Under the pieces are notes generated by a model. The model saw only the letters and a list, made by a program, of their open reading frames with translations, made no database searches and had not been told where the DNA came from. A stretch of DNA of 63,996 bases, counting the filler, from Diploschistes diacapsis (lineage: Eukaryota), in assembly GCA_023645945.1 (NCBI GenBank). It is 10 parts of 10 records of this genome, joined end to end, with 100 filler letters (N's around TTAATTAATTAA, not from the genome) between each part and the next. Parts side by side here need not be neighbours in the genome. Positions count along the whole stretch, not along the records: positions 6,506 to 12,908 come from JALAIB010001402.1; positions 13,009 to 19,410 come from JALAIB010001403.1; positions 19,511 to 25,910 come from JALAIB010001404.1; 7 more parts are not named here. One strand, given 5' to 3'. Position 1 is the stretch's first letter. Each line of letters opens with the position of its first letter. The translations under genes and the position numbers were made by a program. Positions 11,620 to 22,174 of the stretch are shown piece by piece.

Positions 11620-12433
11620 AACGCTTCAGACTATCCGATGAACGCATCAACGGGTTCTAGAGTCTTTCCAACTCTTCATCGGATACCACACGATCTGCAA
11701 TAGATGCCATAAGGGCATCCCAATATACACAGGTGTGCATGACTCTGAAGCATTGAACATCGGCCGATTCTTCATCGAATCCCATTTGAACGTTGTCAGA
11801 GATGCGTCAGCCTGACAAAGAGCATTTTGACTAAGTAGATTGAGACAATGGTCTAAATAAGTCAGTCAGGTGAGCCAGCATCTCTCGATTTCCGAATTGC
11901 CTTGGCTGGTAAGGTATTTCTTAGCTTACCAACATGAGACCTCATAGACTCCAAGCCATTCAAGATAGCTGCCGCCTTCTGCTAACGCGATTGATTGCTG
12001 ATTATCACGTCGTAGCTCGTCAGCGGATTCTCGAATATGCATAGAGCTTAAAAGAGTAGTCCAAACACTGTCTACATCCTTAGTCGGAAGCCCTTCGTAA
12101 GGACTGCCGGTAAGATTGTGAAAAAGCGTTGGCACATAGATTCCCTCGAGATGGTCCGGGCGGCTATTTTACTGTCAACATACATTCAATTCGAGCCTTC
12201 AAGAATTACTCAGAAAGAGCCTGTGACACTTTCGTGTATTCGAGTTTGAACAGGTTGTCAAAACTATGCTCCACGCAATCAAGAACAATAGCCAGGTTGG
12301 ATTCGATAGACAGCTGCAACATAAGCTCGAGAGCCGCTAATGCATCGTGTTTCGCCTTAGGAGAGACAGGCTTTTCGAGCGGGGGGAGAAAAGGCTCTTC
12401 TTCTAATTCATAGTTCCTGTGTATGTTCGCCAT
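11620..12433 (-). pseudogene. Second DUF3328/UstYa-family gene, degraded
   Basis: SPYEGLPTKDVDSVWTTLL, GGSYLEWLGVY with the first HxxHC corrupted, then DHCLNLLSQNALCQADASLTTFKW and HTCVYWDAL after a frameshift; in-frame TAG near 11658. Confidence 0.8.
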
Positions 12434-12769
12434 TAAACCTGAAGCACTGTAGTCTTTCTCTGCGAGTAGTGGAAGCTGGTGAATTTGAATTCCAAAGCAT
12501 TGAACCCGTTCAGAGATCGTAAAGCAGCATTCTCTGGGCATGAAACCCCAGTATCTCCCTAATGTACTTATTGAGTAGTTTAGCTTATATGTTCTCATAG
12601 TAATTTGCGTTACGTTTTATATACACAAGCCGCAGCTGATGATGTCGCAAAAAGGTTATTTAAACATTAACAATCTGAATAACCTAAAAAGCGACAAATT
12701 AGGCTCTAAAAATAATGCCTAAAGTGTGTAGGAAATAAAGGGATTGTTATCACGTAATACGAGCGTATA

Positions 12770-12908
12770 CAGTCACGTGCCAAAAGTAATGGTCCCTACC
12801 TAAATTATAGTAGACATCACCAACTTTGGAGATGCGATGCGCACCCAAATAATGTCCTACAAATGCGCTTTTTAGATCATTTTGATGCCCTTTATTCGTA
12901 GTATCTAT
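12770..12908 (+). mobile_element. Possible Tc1/impala-type transposon end
   Basis: TA|CAGTCACGTGCCAAAAGTAATGG resembles the CAGT...CAAAAAGTA start of Tc1/impala TIRs; cut off by the contig end. Confidence 0.4.
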
Positions 12909-13008
12909 NNNNNNNNNNNNNNNNNNNNNNNNNNNNNNNNNNNNNNNNNNNNTTAATTAATTAANNNNNNNNNNNNNNNNNNNNNNNNNNNNNNNNNNNN
13001 NNNNNNNN
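12909..13008. other. Artificial contig spacer
   Basis: N44-TTAATTAATTAA-N44. Confidence 0.99.
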
Positions 13009-13581
13009 GGCCAGTGGTGGGGCCTTGAAACTGTGAAGGGGTAGCAGGGTTAGGGTCGGATAGGATAGGATAGGATATGGTGGGAGAGAAGAGGAGACGT
13101 TACTGTCTCCGCAAGATGGCGGCAATGATATGGGATAGTCCTTTGCCCAAAGAAGAGGATGCGTTTTTTCTTGAGCTCTCTTCATGTTTTCCGTGCAAAG
13201 GCATACTTCAACGGTCCCGATATCTCGCTACGGCAATGTGTAGATTGCGCGAATATATACACGGGCCGCCTCTATTCGTCTATTTACAAATGTAGCTCTT
13301 CTGCATAGCGTAGCCTCTTCTGTTATTTTCATGCCCTCATGTCCCACGTGCATACATCGCATTCAGGTGGGAATTTCTTTTTTTTTTCTTCGCTCATCGC
13401 TCGTCTATCTATCGTCCATCATCTATCGTTTGCCATCATGAATCAAATGCTCCCACCCCCACCCATATGCTATAGCAGCTCTTCGCGCGATGTCCAACGC
13501 AAAATGCAAAACATCCTGTTTTTCCCAGCTAGTGAATGCTCGCTTTAATTGTCCTTTACCAGATCATACATATTCCAATTC

Positions 13582-15135
13582 TCATCGTCGAATCTCCTGC
13601 ATCGCTACCACGCCACCTCTTGGAGACGGCTCTGCTGCCCGCGGCTCGAACCGGGCCTCCTCCTCCTCCTCCTCCTCTCTACAGTTGTTTCTGTTATCTT
13701 CAGCATCCACGTGCTCAACTAACCCTAGCTCTTCTTCCGCCACATGTGGCCCCTGCTCTTGATCCTCGCCTTTGCGCTCGAGTTGTTGGTCGCTATCATT
13801 TCTCACCGCGACCCATATGACGCTGCCCAAGATTAGCCCGCTCCCGGCCCAGCTCCACAGACCAGGCACTTCGCCCCAAATGACCCTGTCGAATCCCAGC
13901 GCAAACACCATCTGCACATACACGACGTTCAATACCCTCGTGCTCTTGCCGTTGCCATGCGCCAGGCTCGCCGTTAGCAGGAATTGCATGACGAAGCCGC
14001 TCAGGCCCAGACACAACAGCAACGCCCATTCCCGCACGTCGGCGGGAAGGCGAAACGGCACGGAAGGTACGAAGAGAAGAGCAAGGGCTGCGATGATGGT
14101 GCACCAAGTTGCGAAGTAGTTGACGGAGATGAGTGGGTGCGCGCGCTTGCCGATCCAGGATAATGTTGTGTAGGCGGTCGCAGAGCCTAGGACGCCTATG
14201 AGGCCGATTAGGACGGCGAGGGCGCGTTGAGCGGGGGTGGGTTGAGGGACTGTGGGGGTGGCGGTGGAAGAGGGTGCTGTGGTGTTGAGTATGAAAGTGA
14301 GGGATGAGGGTGCTTCGGTAAGGGTTGTATTGGCGGATGAAGGAGCGGTAGTGGCGTTAGAGGACGATGTGAGGTGGTAGAAGAGCGAAAAGGGCTGCGT
14401 TATGAGTACGACGCCGACGACGGAGAGAAGGCCACCAATCTTTTGGCTTCGCGTAAAGGCTGTGCCTATAATGAAAGAACAGATCCAGGCGGCGAGCATG
14501 GGAGCCAAAAAGGTCATGACGATGGCGTCGGCGAGCGGTAAATAAATAAGAGAAAAGTATAAGCCGAAGACGCCGAAGAATCCGCCGAAGCCACGCAAGG
14601 CGAGCACAGGGCGCACCTCTCGCGGACCCAGTGGAGCGTGAGGGACCTTCGCCCACCACATGTAAAGGAGACTGAAGAGCACTGTCACAATCTGGCGCGC
14701 GAACAGGATCTGGAAAGGGCTCATAGGCGGTCTGTCCCTTGCATCAGTCTCCATCAACCGCGCAATGGCTGCCATGGCGGAACCAAAAAATTGTGCCAGT
14801 ATCATGAGGGCCACGCCCTTGTTCTGCCGCCAAGCATCCCTTGCTCGGTTTCGCCATAATTCTGTGAAAGCGGAAGGCTTTGAACGTGCGACAGTATCAA
14901 CGACTACCGTAGCTCCTAAAGGACTTCGACTAAGATGATCGGGTCCAGGGGAATGACCTCTTGTAATTTCATTGGGACCGAAGAAGGTATTTGGTGGAGG
15001 AAGACCGAGCTCTGACGGATTGCGTACAACTTCAGCCTTGTTTATGATGGTATGGGCATCATCAGTTGCTCCCAGTTTCGTCCCCAGAGTCTTTTTCACA
15101 TGAGACTCTCTTAACAGCGGATCGATGGAGTCCAT
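13582..15135 (-). CDS. EamA/DMT-family membrane transporter
   Basis: 517 aa with about ten hydrophobic helices; PFQILFAR, LRGFGGFFGVFGLYFSLIYLPLADA, IGKRAHPLISVNYF, YVQMVFALGFD. Confidence 0.9.
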   Translation of the reverse strand: MDSIDPLLRESHVKKTLGTKLGATDDAHTIINKAEVVRNPSELGLPPPNTFFGPNEITRGHSPGPDHLSRSPLGATVVVDTVARSKPSAFTELWRNRARDAWRQNKGVALMILAQFFGSAMAAIARLMETDARDRPPMSPFQILFARQIVTVLFSLLYMWWAKVPHAPLGPREVRPVLALRGFGGFFGVFGLYFSLIYLPLADAIVMTFLAPMLAAWICSFIIGTAFTRSQKIGGLLSVVGVVLITQPFSLFYHLTSSSNATTAPSSANTTLTEAPSSLTFILNTTAPSSTATPTVPQPTPAQRALAVLIGLIGVLGSATAYTTLSWIGKRAHPLISVNYFATWCTIIAALALLFVPSVPFRLPADVREWALLLCLGLSGFVMQFLLTASLAHGNGKSTRVLNVVYVQMVFALGFDRVIWGEVPGLWSWAGSGLILGSVIWVAVRNDSDQQLERKGEDQEQGPHVAEEELGLVEHVDAEDNRNNCREEEEEEEARFEPRAAEPSPRGGVVAMQEIRR

Positions 15136-16588
15136 GATGTAGTAAGCCTTGTCATAAGATGCAGTCTTTTTCAGTTATAGAAAGGAGTATGTTTCTCTGC
15201 AGCTGCCATGGTATAGAGTATGAGAGAGTTATACATGTTCATGGTAACCTATGTTGCACAAGGTGAAGATGAGAAAATACTGTACCGCGTGTAAAAGTTA
15301 AAGAACAAAAGGCTGCCGTCATGGCCAAACGGGAGCTAGATATGAGCCAAAAGTACTTGGAAAATGAGCGGAGCAGGTAGTGCTCCTGAGACAAATGGGA
15401 TATCGGCAAGTGGCGGTGATGGTCACATGATGTAGACAGTAAACGATGCCTTGTCAGGCTGAACGTTGACCTAGCCCTTATCTCCGCTTTCTCAAGCTAA
15501 ATTCCGCCGAATTGAAAGATTGAAAAAGGATGTTGATCACAGGAAACGAAAATCGAGTAAAATGGCACAATGAAAATTCATTCCGATAAGTTCCAGTGCT
15601 TCGATTTACTGCTGTTCTCTTATTGCCTATCTTTTAATAAAAGATGTTGTTTGAAAGAGAGAGCTTCGAAAGAACTTCGACATGTCGGTTCGCCGGTACT
15701 GTCTTTTGAGTCAATTACCGCACAATAGGGTTTTTAAAATGGAAAAACAATGCCCAGTGAGCGTAAATTCAGTCCAAATACTAGCGCGTCACGCTCATTT
15801 GCTGTCTTTAGTGCGGCGTATTCAGGTTATACTAGCAGTTGGCCATGACGGACTCTTGTATGTAATTAATATTGTATAATTGTTGCACTCCGTCCGGCTC
15901 CGCTTCGTTGCGGGCTTTATCCCTAATCATTACACCGTCCGTTATCTGATAAGCGCTGCAAAAGGAATCTCCGCTGATGGCTTCTGCCATCCATTACTCT
16001 GAAGCGGAGAAGACTTGGGAGGCAGTCAAGTTTTGTTGTTGAATGATTGATGCATCAATCATGATAGGAAAGGGAAAGGGGTATGTTTGCTGCACACCAC
16101 GTACGGTACGTCTCTCTTTGTTACTTATTTCTGGGGATGTTGACGAGTCCTTAGAGCTTCTAGAAGGAACATGTCGTGTCAGGCTAAACCTACTCTGGCA
16201 GCCCGTTACCGTTACCCCAATCTATGCTTCGAACAGTGCGCCGTTCGGGGGAGAAGCGATCTTTAGCTTTATGAACCCGATAGATGAAAGCGTTTGATTG
16301 GCCGACTGCTACAACAAACCAGGCACTGCAGATACCCCGCAGCATCGCACTATAGCATTCGAGGGAACTGGAATCGGCTTGCAACTGGCCAGCAGGTTAC
16401 ATCTATGCGGCCAAGACCAATGATGCTCTTCTGGTTGGAGGCTAGACGATAACATCACGGAAACCCGCGTGATAACTCACCCAAGACATGCACTACATAC
16501 ATATATAGCGTAGAGGACCCTCAAATATGGAACTGTTGCGTTATCCAGCTCTTGTCCTTGCGACCTCGTTTTTCCAGCGCCATCCAGG

Positions 16589-18230
16589 ATGAGGTCCCAA
16601 GCTTTCCTCGCTCTGGCGGCATTCGCCTCCAGCGCGCTCGGTATGAAGTTTACGGATACGAAGATGCACTTCCATCCTCCCAAGCCAGCGGTGCAGGCGC
16701 CGGTGACCACAGGCAACACTACCTTCCAGCAGCTTCTTGACCACGATAATCCCAAAGCCGGAACCTTTTCTCAGAGATATTGGTACAACGATGAGTGGTG
16801 GGGTGGTCCAGGATCGCCGGTGGTGCTCTTTACTCCAGGAGAAGTTGCAGCGGACGGTTACGAAGGCTACCTGACGAACTTAACCATTACAGGCGCATAC
16901 GCACAAGCCATCAAGGGTGCTGTTGTTTTGCTCGAGCATCGATACTGGGGCGAATCGTCTCCCTATGCCTCGCTCACGACCAAGAACCTGCAGCAGCTGA
17001 CCCTGAAGAACTCGATTGCCGACCTTACACACTTTGCGCGCACCGTCAAGTTGCCATTTGACAAAAACAGCTCGAGCAACGCGCCACAGGCGCCATGGGT
17101 TCTCTCTGGTGGCTCCTACAGTGGTGCTCTATCTGCCTGGACTGCATCCACCGCACCAGGGACTTTCTGGGCCTACCACTCCTCGAGCGCTCCTGTAGAG
17201 GCGATTTCCAACTACGTGAGTGCTTCAAGTCGTCTAGCAAATGCAGTACTAAACTTTTCGCCAGTGGCAATACTTTTACCCAGTCCAGCAAGGAATGGCC
17301 AAGAACTGCAGCACCGATCTCTCCCGCGTTGTCGATCACGTCGATGGCATCCTCACCAACGGCACCGCCTCAGAGCAGCACTCCTTGAAAGCCATGTTCG
17401 GTCTCGAAGGCCTTGAACACAACAGCGACTTCGCCGCGGCTCTCGAGAACGGGCCCTGGCTCTGGCAGGAGAACCAGTTCTACACCAACTATAGCGCTTT
17501 TTATGAGTTCTGCGACTTTGTAGAGAACGTTGCCGCGGCCGGCAACTTTTCCCACACCACCATTCCGTCAGCGAATGGCGTTGGTCTCCAAAAGGCCCTG
17601 AGCGGCTACGCCCTCTGGTTCAACAGCACATTTCTGCCGGGATTTTGCGAGAGCTACGGATATGCCGACTTCAACGGCACGTACAACATCGGCTGCTTCG
17701 ACACCTACAACCTCAGCTCCCCTTACTACACCGACCTCTCTGTGTCCAACGCCTTCGACAGGCAATGGCTCTGGTTCCTCTGCAACGAGCCCTTTGCCTA
17801 CTGGCAGGACGGCGCGCCCCCTTCACGACCCTCCATCGTGTCGAGGCTCGTCACGGCCGCATACAACCAGCGCTCCTGCCCGCTCTGGTTCCCCAAGGAG
17901 GGAAAATACACCGTCGGCTCCGTAGCCGGGAAGACGGTGGCGGACGTGAACAAGTACACGGGCGGCTGGGACATCACAAACACAACGCGGCTGACGTGGA
18001 CGACGGGCGAGTTCGACCCGTGGCGCACGACGGGCGTGGAGAGCCAGTTCAGACCGGGAGGGGGGCTGCAGAACACGACGCAGCACCCAGTCAACATGAT
18101 CCCTGCCGGCATCCATTGCAGCGATTTGTTGCTGCACAACGCGAGGGTTAACGAGGGGGTCCAGCAGGTGGTGGACACGGAGGTCAGGCAGATCGTGGAG
18201 TGGGTGGGGGAGTTTTACACACAGAAGTAG
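16589..18230 (+). CDS. Secreted serine peptidase, family S28; join(16589..17215,17265..18230)
   Basis: Signal peptide; FQQLLDH, TFSQRYW, LEHRYWGES, catalytic GGSYSG, GEFDPW, HCSD. A 49-nt GT-AG intron joins the ORFs in frame. Confidence 0.93.
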
Positions 18231-18726
18231 CGTGGTGCGCCCGAGGTGAGGTGGTGGCAGTTGTGCGAGGAGGATGCATGAATTTGTACATATACATGAA
18301 TATCATCCTTACATCGACATGTGTGTGTCGTCGAGAGATTTGCTGCTCCGTGGTTCACTCATGTCCAAGTGTCGGGGGCTTCGAGAGGCCTTGACGTGCT
18401 ACTTTGGTTGGCTCTGCCTTGTGCATGCATATCCGGTGCAGACGCGACTTCTAATGTACCTGCCTGCATAGAAAGAGCTCGAAAGATTCGTTACCGCAAG
18501 GAAGGACAATATGAGGCGATAGAACTCTGGCAAACGCCGTCCTTCCTTCCCACGATCATTTCTGGGAAATTTGGGCTTAAAACCATGGAGTGACACAATC
18601 GCCTTGGAGCCCCAGCACAATGCAGCTGCTTCCCAAAAACGGAAATCAACACTATCATATTTTCAACTAACCGATATAAACACACGCAGCTCCCCATTCC
18701 ACCCCATTGCCTCTCCAATACACACA

Positions 18727-19410
18727 TCACAGCACCCCCGGCAAAATCGCTCTCCTCCCTTCCACCTCCCGCCCAAACCTGCTGACATACCACCTCTTCC
18801 CGTCGACGGCCTGGGGCATCATGGCCGCGACCTCGTTTGCGACGAAGTTCCGCGCCGGCGCACACGCCCAGCCGCCGATAATCCAGTATCCGATCCACTC
18901 GACCCACTCGCAGAAATAGTGCGGGTACAGTATGTAGCGGAACAGGCCTGCCTGGGGGACCTTGTAAACTTTTTGCGCGCTGCCCGCTTGCCTTTCCCCC
19001 TTTCCATCTCTCTCTCTTTCTCCCATTCCCTTCTTCTCTTGTGTCTGCTGTTGGATTTCTTGCGATTCCCGCGCCGCCGTCCGGCGCAGGCTGCGCAGCT
19101 CGTCGTCGTGGTAGATGTTCCCCGCGAAACCGAGGACGAAGATGGCGAGGCCGAGCAGGACGCGCGGTGTATGGGCCTCCCAGTCGGTGTTGGACGTGGG
19201 GCCGTACCCGCCCAGCCAGCCGCCGATGCAGGCACCGTTGGCGATTTGGAAGGAGAGCGCGGAGGCCCAGACGGTGAGGTGCATGGGCGACATGCTGGGC
19301 GCGAGGAGGAGGGGGGAGAGGAGGGAGCGGTAGATGTAGTGTGTTGTCTGTTGGGACCGAAGAGGGGAGCGGTTAATGGGGAGGGCGGATTGAGTTCGGG
19401 CTGGAGTTGG
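18727..19410 (-). CDS. 3-oxo-5-alpha-steroid 4-dehydrogenase family protein, 5' partial
   Basis: GNIYHDDELRSLR, YKVPQAGLFRYILYPHYFCEWVEW, GRRAILPG; runs into the spacer. Confidence 0.88.
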   Translation of the reverse strand, partial: PTPARTQSALPINRSPLRSQQTTHYIYRSLLSPLLLAPSMSPMHLTVWASALSFQIANGACIGGWLGGYGPTSNTDWEAHTPRVLLGLAIFVLGFAGNIYHDDELRSLRRTAARESQEIQQQTQEKKGMGERERDGKGERQAGSAQKVYKVPQAGLFRYILYPHYFCEWVEWIGYWIIGGWACAPARNFVANEVAAMMPQAVDGKRWYVSRFGREVEGRRAILPGVL

Positions 19411-19510
19411 NNNNNNNNNNNNNNNNNNNNNNNNNNNNNNNNNNNNNNNNNNNNTTAATTAATTAANNNNNNNNNNNNNNNNNNNNNNNNNNNNNNNNNN
19501 NNNNNNNNNN
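19411..19510. other. Artificial contig spacer
   Basis: N44-TTAATTAATTAA-N44. Confidence 0.99.
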
Positions 19511-21850
19511 TACTTCCTCCTCTCCGGCCTCTTCAGCGCCGCCTGCAGCTGCGGGCCCCATACGCTCTCCCACCAATCCCCCCCCTCTCTCGCCTGTCCC
19601 CTCAGCCTCATCCCATACGTAATCTCTCCGAACCTGACCCCCTGGCCGTTATTCGGTTCGGGCAGGCACATCCACTTCTGCACCAACCCCGGCACCTCGT
19701 CCTTCCGATGGCTCACGCAAACCAGCGCCTGCCGAGCCTCGAACCCGGCGAACCGCACCGCGCCGCGCTTCGCCAGCACCGTGCGCGCCTTGTGCCGGTG
19801 CTGCAGCTCCCGTCCCGCCTCGGGCCGGAGCCAGGTCGTTTCGCCGTAGGCGAGGAACATCATGCACTTGGTGCGCGTGCGCGCGTCCATGCCGCTGAAG
19901 GCCTCGTCCAGGGTGAGCAGGTCCGGGCGCTTGGCGAGGGCGCGCAGGAGGAGGGCGACGCGCTGCGAGGAGAAGGATAGGTCGCCGAAGCGGATCGCGT
20001 CGGCCCAGTCCGTGTCCGTGGCGAGGTAGGCGTCGAAGTTCTGGGAGGCGCGAGTGTAGCGGGAGGGGCGGTCGATGTGGGAGGGGAGCTCGGTGAGGGT
20101 GTCGACGGGGTCGATGGGCGCGGTGTGGGCCGTGTCGAGCTCGGGCCGGAACCAGCGCAGCAGGGCGTCGACGTCCGTGTCGCGCGCGTGGGAGAGGGCC
20201 GGTTTGCTGAGGAAGGTGTCGGCCCAGGAGTTCTCGATTGTTTGGCGCACGGAGAGGTGCCGCGGGAAGAAGCCGTGGATTTCGGGCGAGGATTGGCCGA
20301 TGCGGACTTGGATGTCGAAGACGGAGATCCCGAGTTGGCTGGGCGATGGGAGGCGCGACCGGCCCCAGAAGTTGATGGGAAGGGAGTAGGATTGGGGGTG
20401 GTCGGAGCAGATAAGCGACAAGAGGGTGGTTTTGCCGGAACCTGCGGGTTATCAGCGCCGAGTAATATTGGATTTTTTGAAAGGTTATGCACCGTTAGGG
20501 CCGAAGATGGCCCAGCGTTCGCCTCTGTTGACGTTCCACCACAGACCATCCTTTGGCTCCCCTTGGACATCTTGCTGCCAGTTGCCGAGGACTGTTCGGT
20601 CTCCGTAGCTTACTTTCACGCCCTTCATCTCAATCAATGGCTCCTTCAAATCATCATCTGCAACTCCTGGCACATCGTAGTTCATGTCCCATCTCTTGGC
20701 GTTGTCTGGTCGTCTCGAACGCGTAACAGACTCGCCTATGCTATTGGAGTACTCCTGGTCTTCGTCATCTGCTGTCTCTCTGGATTCCTCACTTTGCTCA
20801 ACATCAATGTCTTCTGCTGCTTGCCCTAGGGTATTCCTCCACTTTTGAGGTTTTTGCGTGCCGAGATTGACTGGGTCTCCGTTCTGCTGAGCAAGATGCA
20901 CTACCTGTTCTTTAGGCCCCATGTGCTTGATAGTGCATCCTGGGCCGAGGTAGATGAGGTGGGTTATCCACTTGGGTATTTCATCATGCGGTTGCAATGC
21001 TAGGATGATCTGCGGACCGGATCTACGAGACATGGCGAAAAGAACGGGCGACATGGTGTACTGCGATAAAGGATCGATGCCGACTAATGAGAAGCATTAA
21101 CAATCAATACTGGCTTCTGATAGGGGCCATCTTACGAAATGGCTCATCCAGAAGCATAAGCCGTGGCCTTTCCATAAGAGCCTTGGCGATCCTTGCTCTT
21201 CGCGTTTGCCCATTGCTAAGATTACTCACAGGTAGCTCCAGAAGATCGCCCAGCCTCATGAGCTTGACGGTCCTTGCAAACCAGTCCTTGTCACGAGCCT
21301 TTTGATACTCATTCAGATCCTCGTCGGCAGGATTCAGGTCAGTATGTCCCTTGAGATAGTCTTCGAGAGAAAAGTCTGTCACCTCCCGGCGACTCTCATA
21401 TCTCGCAGCCAGATACGCTCCGCGAGCGGCTCCGCCCCCGAACTTGTCCTCTTTAGCTCCGAAGCCGACATACTGGACTGCCTTGGAAAGACTTCTTAAC
21501 CGCAAATCTCTCTTGTCGAGTAGTCTAGTATCCTGTCGTTGCCCTATGGTACCCAGATGTGGAAAGGACCTTGCAGTCGGTGGAACGCAGAGATGCTGGC
21601 CCTTTAGGATCTCGAGTAATGTAGTTTTACCCGAATTCGATGGTCCCACAACGGCCCAGACCTGGGATTTCTTCCGGTTTATAACATCGCAAGAGAGACA
21701 AAAGGAAAAATCTGGGAATAGTACGGGATTTCCGGATTGGACTGTTGCGGGGTGATGTCTGTAGAACGTAGCGTTCTCGATTTTCACAAGGGGAGGTGTT
21801 GTTCGAAAGGGACCTCCTCTGTAGTAAAAGAATGCTAGAGATGATTTCAT
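19511..21850 (-). CDS. Soluble double-NBD ABC ATPase (ModF/YDR061W-like), two introns, 3' partial
   Basis: Walker A GPSNSGKT, LSNGQTRR signature, LLLDEPF; second Walker A GPNG|SGKT split by an intron near 20487-20440; LLTLDEAFSGMD, VSH. No TM domain. Confidence 0.88.
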
Positions 21851-22174
21851 ATCACCAGAATCATCTAGGACATTAACAAATACACCATCTGCCAGAACGC
21901 CAGCGCTCGAAGATAAGTACCAAACACTTTTGTAAGCTATATAGATGTATAGCTTCACTCGAGGAACGTCGGCTTTAGCGGCGACGGAGCTACTGCCTAA
22001 GAACAGAGTCTTTCGATTGGTCAACCAAATTGCTTGCCCAGATTCTCCCCATCTTTGGTCCTTTTCTACTATTCAACAACTTCATCTCAAAACGCGTAGA
22101 CGGCCACACTTGCTCACAGACTGGATCTACTCGATTCAGTCGCATTGAAACCTTAAGCTCTCTTCCCAAGTTTT

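Noticed and set aside
8255..18230. EamA transporter and S28 peptidase as exporter and protease of the DUF3328 cluster
   Set aside because: A spacer at 12909-13008 separates them; no evidence of linkage.
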